Assembly (NCBI GenBank): GCA_016906335.1
Contig: JADEYG010000015.1
Coordinates: 992,001 to 1,056,000, forward strand
Direction of reading: 5' to 3'
Source: Novakomyces olei
Taxonomy: Eukaryota
DNA length: 64,000 bases
The notes beneath the pieces are model-generated. The model had not been told where the DNA came from and did no database searches. It saw only the letters and a list, made by a program, of their open reading frames with translations. Below are positions 50,979-60,648 of this stretch, one piece after another. The translations under genes and the position numbers were made by a program. Numbering within the stretch: position 1 is the stretch's first letter; each line of letters begins with the position of its first letter.

Positions 50979-53525
50979 ATGGCGGCGCCCAATGCGTTAG
51001 CGACGCTGGAGCAGATGGGGATTGCTTCAAGCGACGCGGTTCGAGCACTCGCAGTAAGGCAAATAAGTGCCATCTGAATGACTGGCTAATCGAGGGCAAG
51101 AAATACCCGTCTGTCGATCAAGCGCTCGACTACATTTTCAGTGGCGGACTGGAAAAAGATGAGAATATGATTGAGGATACTGCTGAAGGTATACTGACTC
51201 TGCTTGCATTACTAACGCCAGGCAATCTGCTAGACTTGACGGGTACGCTGTAATATTGCAAACACAGATACAGTGATCTAATACCAGACTCCCCAACTTT
51301 TGCGAATGATACAATGGCTCCTCCCGGCGGTGGATGGGTTACACCGCCGCCAGAAAAAGTGGCCGAGGTACCGCGGCACCGAAGGGTATTTGAACTCGAT
51401 TGCTTGTTCATAAAAGCTAACGGTCAGGCCCAGTCTCAAGTATTTGAAGTGTTCTCCGAACCGGAAGCGCACGAGCGTATACGGAATCCGTCTCTGTAAG
51501 ATGCCGATAATATATGGATTTTTTGCTCTTTTATTCGACCGTTTATCAGTCTTTATTTCCATTGCTCTTTTCTATTTATTCCCATTTGCTCTCGTTTATG
51601 TGTCTGTTTACAATTTAGGCCAGCATTATTATGTACTTGTACGCAATACCCGGACTTGCCTGCTTTACTTGTTATTTTAAACAGCATTCCCGTCGCGCAA
51701 CAGGCGCTTTTATCTCCTACTCCGCCACTGGTAGCGAATCTACGCAGTTCTCCCGATTGGTGGAGGCAAGGTGAGGACGACGGACTGGCTTCCGCTGTTT
51801 TGGATATGCGGGGAAAGCTGCTGGTTGAAGCAGAGAGGGTTGTGTCTTTTTTGCACTTGACAGAACGTGCGTATGGCCGTATTTCGGGCCTTGTGCAAAA
51901 GCTCTCTATATTACAGTCAGCTCATCATATTGCTCATTCACCGATAGGGCAATTTTACGAGCATTGGAAGCATTGCCGTGACGCTTATTTGGCATCGATG
52001 CCAAATGATGCTAAAGGAAAATGGGCTCAGTTTTTAGGGAATGAATTCTCCTCATTGTGCAGTACGAGTAGATCACCGTTCGAAACTGTCGCTGTACAGT
52101 CGACCTTGCAGGGTCAGGTCGTTTCGCGACAGGCCTTTTCGCACTTGGAGCTACACTTACCCATTGGAATAATAAGGTCAAATGCAGGTCTTCAAGAAGC
52201 ACTGGCCCGGGTTATTTGGACGAATGCTGGGGACGATGATTCCGATATTTCAGATAACGAGGATGAGGACTACAAAAACTTGGAGTCCTTTTTTGAATCT
52301 GTAGCTCCTGTTTTCACGCTGAGCATTTGTCGGGAAGACGGGCTATCTGGTACAGGAATAACATTACCTCAGAGGATATCCCTTAGCCGGTTCATGCAGC
52401 CAATGCTGCATTTGACCCGGAGCATTCGGCAAAGAGATCGGGCTTTGCTCGAAGAGCAGCAGAGTTTAGATTCTCAGCTGGAGTTTCTAAATCAGGCTGA
52501 AGAGCCAGTGCAGACTGCTCCGCCTTACCAGCGCATTATTGGTGCTAAGCCGCCTGCACGGCCAAACTTGTCCGCCGTGCTCAATATACTTAGAGATACC
52601 CGGGGGTTGGAGGCAGATGGCGATAATGGACCGGACACAAGGGCAGAGCCGTTTCTACGGGCGGCCGACGACTTGCAAAAGCTGCAGGAGCAAATCGAAA
52701 ACGAAAAATCAGGTATGGTCAAGGCCAAATATAAAAAGAGGCATAAATATTGAACAGATTGATACACAATTACTTTCATTACATATGGACCAACCACTAA
52801 ATTATTCAGATATATTAAAACGACGAGAGCTCTTGACGGTAGAAAGGCAAAAGCTTTTCGATCATTTTCCCGACTGCAGAGGCTCGATTTATTGCCTTGC
52901 GGGAATAGCTTTGACCGCGAGTCATTTCTTTGTACGAAAAACTAAATCGGCTAATACTAGCCATGGCGATAATAACCTAATAAGCGTCGATGAGCCTAAT
53001 GAGGCGGACGACGATGGTGATTTGTGGTGGGAGATAGATATCAAGGAAAACCCCACGCCGGACATATCCGGCCATCAAATTGCAACGACAACAATAACCG
53101 AAATTTTGGAAAAGATTCGGAATCCAGATACTGGCATTCGTTACAATGCAACTGTTGTATATGCGTTAGAGGAGAGTCTAGTAGACCCATCGCTGGTCAA
53201 GATACCTCAGGAAGCAGAGGTAAGGAGCCAGTTGTTAATTTTTTTGTTGAATTACCAGACTAGTAGTCTATATTTCTCAGATTTATATTGCTTTATTTCG
53301 TATTTTGCTCATGATTGCGTGTGCACTAGTTGCATATTATGAATTCATGCTTTATTTGGTCGGCTTCGTATTAGTTCAATATACTGCCTGCTTTTTGTAT
53401 TCCCAACGAAACTAATCATTGCTCGACAGGAATTCGTGGCACAGGACAATCTATATTTCCGTCAAGAGTTGGAAAATACGTCCCCCATGACACCGCTGGA
53501 TGATCCTCCTGCTTATGCGGACTAG
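50979..53525 (+). CDS. UBA-domain protein, Rup1-like (Rsp5/Ubp2 adaptor), multi-exon
   Basis: N-terminal UBA (LEQMGI..AVRALA..VDQALDYIF), LPALLVILNSIPVAQQALL, and final exon EFVAQDNLYFRQEL..DDPPAYAD*. Confidence 0.65.
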
Positions 53526-53853
53526 AATGATTTGGTGACCTTTCTAAAAGCGGAGTGGCACACGAGAGATAATGAAAGAATATTAGAGAACTGTGCATAT
53601 GTTTTAATAAGAGAATGAATAATCGACGGAAAACAAATACGCGCCTGAAATAAACGAATCCTTCCCCGTCCGTTCGGGTAGTATACAGAATCGATCTGCC
53701 GAGTAAAAGAGAATCGCAAAGGGCACACTCGGCCGAGCGTACAACAAATATCCTTTGCCCTTGGTAGATTGAATGTACGATAGAGTCTTGTAGTATTGCA
53801 CTTTTTTTGCAAAAGCTGAAGGGCATTGGATAATACAAAGACAGAAAAGTAAT

Positions 53854-54206
53854 TTATTGGGAAGGCGGAGCATTTTCGTCCCGAACCTGTGAGAACGATT
53901 GAAACAGACTTTGCGGTCGACCCCTGTATGATATAAGCAAGCGAGCGCAGAGACGAGTGAGACTTACTTTGCAAAGTGTTTCTTCTTGTGTGCTTGTATT
54001 TTTGCGGTTGTAGGACTCATCAGATTGTCCGTTGGACTGGCAAAGCTGCCCCTGGAACGAGTTAGCTTAAATGTAAAAAGGCACCGATCTTACTGATGAA
54101 GAATTTTCTTTTGCAGGAGCTGTTGATGCGTCAAAGGCGCAGCTTGTTGACTCTGGTGCAGAGGCTGTACGCCCTGAGCGGCTTGTGTGTTTGCGTTAAA
54201 CGACAT
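53854..54206 (-). CDS. SPO12: Spo12-family mitotic-exit protein (3 exons, 88 aa; not in ORF track)
   Basis: Exons 54206-54094, 54051-53968 and 53923-53854 are joined by GT-AG introns. They encode [25 protein letters not shown], the Spo12 signature. Confidence 0.88.
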
Positions 54207-54309
54207 TCTGCACAAACCTTGAAGCCTGTGATAGAGCTATGTAGTCTGTAAAGTGTAGGTACAAAAAACCTCCGATAAATATGATCTTTTATAGCTGTTG
54301 ATAGCAGTT

Positions 54310-54402
54310 TATTTACAATGACAACATTGAATACCTGCCTCTATGAAATGGTTGCCCTAGCAACCATAGACAGGGTTTTCTCTGACAAGTGGTTAGGGTT
54401 AG
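54310..54402. promoter_or_regulatory. SPO12 promoter module: forkhead site, RFX X-box and telobox
   Basis: GTAAATA on the minus strand (54310-54316). GTTGCCCTAGCAAC (54351-54364) lies inside perfect 8-bp arms ATGGTTGC/GCAACCAT. GTTAGGGTTAG at 54392-54402. Confidence 0.6.
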
Positions 54403-54527
54403 TGAATTACTCTATATCTCGAAAAGTGTAATAGTCTTAGACCTGTGTTATACTTTGTCTATATGATAAGCAATATAGGAAAAGAGTATTGACCTAATCG
54501 ACGATATATATATACACACACGAGTCG

Positions 54528-56801
54528 TTACAGGGGATTCCCCGCCGTATCATAGCCATTAGCGCCCCTCCGTTTCTGATTCTTTTTGCCCTTTGCGTGT
54601 TTCTTTGGCAGCGCTTTCAAAGTTGTAGGCGCGTCTGATTCAGTAATACGCGTGGACGCGTCATCGTCCATAACATTTTGGTGAGGCATGGAAGTGCCGC
54701 GGCCACCGTAGACAGCCGGCGCATGTGAACCCCGTGTCAATGGCCGTGCTAAAGGTTCATTACGGAAAAAGTCTCTGTCTATTGCCCGGCCTTTGCCTCC
54801 GCCTTTTTTGCCAGTAATTTTAGACTCCATTTCGGCAGCAGTAGCTACAAGCGTCGGAAATCTGTAGCCCATCGCATTGAATTCTGTATCTGTTACACCA
54901 GCGTCTGGCGGCGGCAAACAGAAAAGTAATCTGCCGTTTACGTAATCCTTAAGTAAGTACCGTGCAGCTCTGGCCGAGTCTGGGTTCCCCATTCCTGTGG
55001 TCCAATAGCCGCGACTAGCAGCATAAGCTGCTAGCACTTCGTCTGCCGTTGGCACGCCAGTCCCGCCTTCGTCTAACGGCAAAGTTGGTACGTTGATAGT
55101 GTAGGTCTCCTCCAGCACTGATTTCGGGATTCGCTGTGCTACGAGTCCGGCAGGGCCTCGGAACTCTCGCAGCTGGTCAATGGGGAGCACTCCATTCACC
55201 ACCAGTTCTGCTTTAGTAGCAGCAAAGCTGGGAAAGACAAGGCCGGGACAGTCACATAATGTGACGTGCGGTGTTATGTTTATGGTTTGAAAGTGTTTTG
55301 TTTTTCCTGGTGTGGAGGAAACTGATACTTTTTTCGCCCCAATAATCGCATTAATAGTGGACGATTTACCCACGTTAGGGTACCCCACAAGGCCGATGGT
55401 TGTGCGGTGCGATAATGATTCTGATCCGTTTTCTACAGGTACGGGAGAGTGCTGTGCAAATATGTCTTCCAGCTCTGATACTGTTGCTATCCGTGTTCGC
55501 CCGTCATCCAAGTCGTCTTGAGCACTGTCGCCGGCTCTACGGTCCTGTACATTGAGCCCGGCCGTTTTGGTTTCTAGCGCAGCTGTATCTTGATCCCCAT
55601 CGGCAATACTGTCCTGGCCGGCTAAAGCAGCGGAAAAGAAGGTGTACTGTACGCCTTCCGATTCAAAGTAATCGGCCCACAATTTTCTGATATTAGCATT
55701 GAACGGACGATAAGACGAGTAGAAAACATCAGACCAAAAAGTCACTCAGCTTGTGCAAAATCCGAATGACTGCAACAGGAAATATGGATAAAATTTGTAA
55801 GAAATAAAAAGTTTTTAGTACACAGAGTAATATAGAACAGCCGAATAAAATACATAAATATTAATCACAAAAACCAATGCTACAAGGGCCGGACTGCAGT
55901 CAAACACAATCGTTCTTAGAAAGGCGAGAGCAAACCGTTCTAATGCATTCCAAGAGACAAGAAAAGATAGCTTTGGGACAACCAGAACCAAATGACGTAA
56001 TGCCCATTCAGGAGGAGAAACAAAAACTTGCAATGAAAAAAAAAGGATAGAAAAGCATTGAAGCAAATATCAACATAGCAAAACTCGAAAAATCATACCT
56101 TTGTGGAGTAGTGAGCATATCGGCTTTGTTAACAAGCAGAAAATTTCTCTTTTTTGGATCGACTTGCTTCACGTACACTTCAAGATCTTTTGATCGGTAG
56201 AACAAAGGATTGCGGGCATCCACAATTTGCACGATAAGATCTGATCTCTCTATAACACGCCAAAGCTGTCTCCAAACTTCCAAATTACGTTCAAATGGTG
56301 TCAGCAACAAATCATGGTCTTCTGATAAGGCTGCGAGGCCTCTCCTCCATTCTAAAAAAGCAGCCTTTTCTGCAGCATCAAGCTCTTGTGGCGACGTATG
56401 CTCATCCCAATGAGGCCGCCTTGGTATGCGCAATAGCTGAGCATGCTGCCTCTGCCGAGTGGCAACTCGATGTGCCTCCTCTGGGCTTAATAGGAAAGGA
56501 TTCGTATTTTGATCATTAGTTACAACCTTCACATTTTGCCGCTCTGCATGAAAATCTGTTCCCGCCAGCTCGGCAGTGCTTAAAAACTCGTCAAGCGACC
56601 GCTCTTGCGTCACTGATTTAAGTCGCATCCAACTTGGCTCACTGTCACCGGTCGAGTACTGAGGAGGTCAATATTATAAAAATAAAAATAGGAAAAAATA
56701 GGTACTTTTGACACGTTGTGAAGCCGTGTGCGCTCATTGCGGTGATTATTCTGCAGCGCCCGCCCAAGGCCGACGTTGTGCCTTGATTTTGGTAAAACCA
56801 T
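54528..56801 (-). CDS. LSG1: Large subunit GTPase 1 (circularly permuted GTPase), 3 exons
   Basis: LKSVTQERSLDEFL, TPFERNLEVWRQLWRVIERSD, NKAD, IGLVGYPNVGKSS, TPGKTKHFQT, LCDCPGLVFP. Confidence 0.96.
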
Positions 56802-56907
56802 GGCCGGAAATTTTGTTCAACGGTATTCGTTCATATAAAATATTAATTTGAATCAAGATAGCGCAGGACGTATATGAAAAAGCAGTATAAAACACAGTAG
56901 ACTAGGA

Positions 56908-56972
56908 TTACAGAATTACATACAGAATTATAGAATTATGAATTATATACAGAATTATATACAGAATTATAC
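56908..56972. repeat. Degenerate (ACAGAATTAT)-type tandem repeat in the LSG1/uS11m divergent promoter
   Basis: About six GAATTA-containing units. Confidence 0.75.
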
Positions 56973-57057
56973 GCACCAATAATTCCTATGCGAGCCTCAT
57001 ACAATTTTTATAGGTGACCGATAAAATATCGACTAGTGCTGCATTATTTTCATAGCC

Positions 57058-57621
57058 ATGCGGCCAGTCGGTATTCTCGCCGCCACTTTGAAAGGCATTC
57101 GGCCCACTTTACGGCTATTCGCTACTTCACGAGTATGCGGAAAAGCCGAATTAAATAATTCTCAGAACGAGGCATCACATGCGATTGCCGATTTATTAAG
57201 ATCGCAGGGTGGACAGCAAAGCAGTGCAGCAGCTCGATCACCGTCACAGCAGGCGCGGAAACGGTACCATTTACACATATTCTCCTCTCCCAATAATACC
57301 CGCTTAACCCTAACAAATAATACGCATGAGCCGGTCATGGTCGTTACCGCGGGAATGATGGGGTATACAAATGTCAGACGATCCTCCTTCGAAGCAGCGC
57401 ACAAGACAATCCTTAATGTGATGGACCGTATGCGTGCGCGTAAAATAGATCCGTCTGATTTAGAAATTGTTTATAAAGGATTTGGGCAAGGAAGAATTGC
57501 GTTTAACCGTATACTTGCAGGACTGGAAGGCGAATGGCTACGGCCTAAAATTTCTATTGTGCGAGATATTACGCCGTTAAAGTACGGAGGTACACGTGGC
57601 CGGAAACAGCGGCGTCTCTAG
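57058..57621 (+). CDS. Mitochondrial ribosomal protein uS11m (yeast Mrps18-like)
   Basis: Presequence-like N-terminus, LHIFSSPNNTRLTLT, KGFGQGR, IVRDITPLKYGGTRGRKQRRL. Confidence 0.9.
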   Translation: MRPVGILAATLKGIRPTLRLFATSRVCGKAELNNSQNEASHAIADLLRSQGGQQSSAAARSPSQQARKRYHLHIFSSPNNTRLTLTNNTHEPVMVVTAGMMGYTNVRRSSFEAAHKTILNVMDRMRARKIDPSDLEIVYKGFGQGRIAFNRILAGLEGEWLRPKISIVRDITPLKYGGTRGRKQRRL

Positions 57622-57937
57622 ATATACTAGTCTTGATTGTCCGCACATTTTTGTTTTTTTGGCCATGCTATACTAATATAGATAAAAGTCAGCAAACAAA
57701 ACTTAGTTGCTCTTAAATTCTATCACCAACATTTGTATGCATTACTAGGATACCGGGCTGCACGTAAGCGCACGCGAAAATGTATTTACTGGCTTCTTTG
57801 TACATATATTCAATCCATAAATTATCGTCAATATCATACATGCATCCCCGCAAAATTGCACCTCTTTGCTTTTCCGATTAAAGCCGCCAAGCGCCAGAAA
57901 AATTAATTATTTATCTTTTAAAATTGATATGGCGCAT

Positions 57938-59084
57938 CTACACAAATGGCAGCAGTGTGTACGCAAAAGCAACAGTAAACACAATACATTTGCGATACAC
58001 AGCGCGGTACCACGGCTCCTCTTGGCTCGTCATGGTAAACATTTGTGGAGGTGCTTGTTCTTGTGTGTCAGGGGCCCGGCGACGAGCTTCTCCATGATTC
58101 TGCAGTCTTAAAACCAGATTGCGCAAGCTTGCAACATTGATCGCTTGCAATCGTTCAAGCGGGAGGATACCACACAAGTGGAGGAAACCGAGGACAATAA
58201 CAAGGCTGACAAAAAGAAACCGCAGCCAGCCAAAATCTGGGCTGTGACGCAGTTCAGCAGTAGTGAAAAAGAGAGCTCCGCCCATGGCCACTAACCGAAC
58301 CATTGCCCAAATCCCTTGGAAATTTATTCGAGCCAGCCTTCGCGATAAAGGAATTGGCGTACTGCGCACGGGAGCAGATCTTAAAAAGACGCCATTTCTT
58401 TCGAGCAAGCAAACAGCTCTTGGCGAGAAAGCCAGTCCATCGTTGCCGTCGCTCCCGCGGACAAGCATATACGAATTAGGTCGCAGCCGAAACCGAAGAA
58501 CGCCTCTTGAATTTGTAGATCGTACAGGCAAGAGTACGAGATCTTCACTATTCTTGTTAGTTTCCAAATAAATGCAGCTAAATTAATATCCAAAATTAAT
58601 ATCCAAAATTAATATCCAAAATTAATATCGAAATACGATGTGGACCGACAACAAACACTTGCGCTTACTTTAGCTGTACTGCTTGATAGTATATAGGAAA
58701 GGTCCCGATCCTTGTGCTTTGCCGAGACGTCTGAGCGCTTTGATCCACTCCCGGCGCAGGGCTCGGAGACTCGGTTTGAGCAGTCGGCGGAGGGCTGCCT
58801 TGTGTACTCGTCTGTGCCCGGCGCTGCGTTAATGTATCGAGGTAATCAGAGTGTAGAGCAAGCAGCAACGTGGCAGGCATGAACCGCTCCGGCACGGCTT
58901 CCCTTAGAGACTCTGTGTCAGCGAGAACGCGGCCGCCAAAAATCAGGCGCTGGTACTGTACTGCAACCCCCGTCTGTTCAGTCAGGACTGTCTTGACGTC
59001 AGCGACTTTGGCGTCTTCCTGGACAGTAATTGCCATGTCCAGTGACGGCATAGCCGCACAGCGGACCTGCAGCGATAGCGACAT
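57938..59084 (-). CDS. N-terminal ubiquitin-like domain membrane protein (HERP/Usa1-like), one intron
   Basis: UBL domain (KVADVKTVL..QRLIFGGRVLAD), C-terminal TM hairpin, terminal F..TLLP motif. Confidence 0.6.
58580..58629. repeat. 13-bp tandem repeat AAATTAATATCCA (~4 copies) in the UBL gene intron
   Basis: Directly visible. Confidence 0.88.
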
Positions 59085-59596
59085 TGTTTTCTTAGATCCA
59101 GATAAAAGAGGTATAAAGCGTTAGTTCATGCTAATCTGACCGAATCTACGTGTGGCGAGTGACTTGAGCAAAGGCCATCTCGACCCTCTGCGTGAGTGAG
59201 GCGACGCTTTACGCTTATTTATCAGTGTTACTCTATATACGTATACGTATGCGTATATTTAGTGCGTTTTTGACGCACTTTTGAACACGGCAGCTATTCG
59301 CGCACATTACATTCTACATGTATGTCTGAATATTCACAAAAGGTCTAATAATAACTGAAAATAAACGACCAAAACACGTATAGATTTCGATGAGCGACAA
59401 GATAATTTTGACAGGTATTCAGTGTTTGAAAATAATTATTTTCAGTCCGGAACATCACAGTTGCTCAAATAAAACATGGACGAGTAGACTAGTGCTGTCT
59501 AGCAAACAAAAGATATTTTTACGTGTATAATAATAATGTTACACCAACGAGCCTTTGTGCCCCCACGTTACCTTTACCGCATACCGACCGCCCTTT

Positions 59597-59800
59597 ATAC
59601 TTGCGTATACTTGCGTATACTTGCCAGTACCTTTCTATCATTATCTTATAATAATTATAATCTAGGATTATTCTCTGTAGTTATTACATATAATTATTAC
59701 ATATAATTATTACATATAATTATTATCTATAATTATTATCTATAATTATTATGATTTTATATAATTATTATCTTATTATCTGTAGTTATTAACCATAATT
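59597..59800. repeat. (ATACTTGCGT)~2.7 followed by an AT-rich block of TATAATTATTA(C/T) repeats
   Basis: Directly visible in the UBL/INO80 divergent intergenic region. Confidence 0.8.
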
Positions 59801-60099
59801 TTCTGAAAATTTCTATCATTACTTGGAACGGATAAGCAAAAAGAGCAAAGATGGTATTGGCTTGACATTTAATATTTAATATACCCAATTTTTGAAGCTT
59901 CTCTGCATGGCGACTTGCGGTATTCGAGACCGGCCGTGTCGTCCACTATAATGAAATGTGACACATACTGCGACACAGTGGAAATTCGTGGTTGCCATAC
60001 TCAAGCAATGAATGACAGGGGAAAAGCAGACTTACAATGTTGACTGTTTAGAGCGTAAAGCACGACTTTGACAGTTGTATGTGAAGGGTGCGAGTAGGC

Positions 60100-60110
60100 A
60101 CGCGTCGCGT
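60100..60110. promoter_or_regulatory. Tandem MCB element ACGCGTCGCGT (ACGCGACGCGT on minus strand)
   Basis: Overlapping double MluI cell-cycle box about 540 bp upstream of the INO80 ATG. Confidence 0.45.
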
Positions 60111-60648
60111 CCCCCTTTAATGCTGTAATCCTCAGCGAAGCGCGCGTTATGTATGCAGAGCACGACAGATTACTCGAATAAATGCGACCCGACGTGTTTG
60201 CGGGCCCAACAGTGTATAATTCCCCACTCACTTTCACACTATATCTGTAGAGAATATTATTTGGCCGTAACGCTATGGAGACTGCCATGCCTCTATATAT
60301 GTAAAATGCCCTAATCCTAACGGCCTTAAATGAGACGTATATTAATTACTTAATCTCGAGAGAAAAGACGGATCTCTGCACGAGTGCTTTGAGCCCAGTG
60401 AGTGACGTGTGCACCGACCGCTCTGCGTCTCGCGCGCTCGCCACTGTAGTGCTGCACTTTGAACCTTCGCCTCTCCTTTTGCGGCTGACTTGGAAGTTTG
60501 CTTCCCGTCAGTTTGAGGCGTTTCTTTTTGCTCGGAGAGTGCCCGTGACCTTTTGGGCGTAGCTGATCCGAGTAGAAGGAGCGGCACTCCGGCAAAGAGC
60601 GTACTGCCATTTATACTGACCGTCTCGCGTATACTTTTTTGCTACATA

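Noticed and set aside
54392..54402. CTAACCCTAAC as a telomerase RNA template
   Set aside because: It lies in a ~320-bp intergenic spacer, too short for a typical fungal telomerase RNA. Better explained as a promoter telobox.
60120..60330. SRP-RNA-like GCTGTAAT start and telomere-like CCCTAATCCTAAC
   Set aside because: No SRP helix-8 motif was found downstream, and the telomere-like match is imperfect and isolated.
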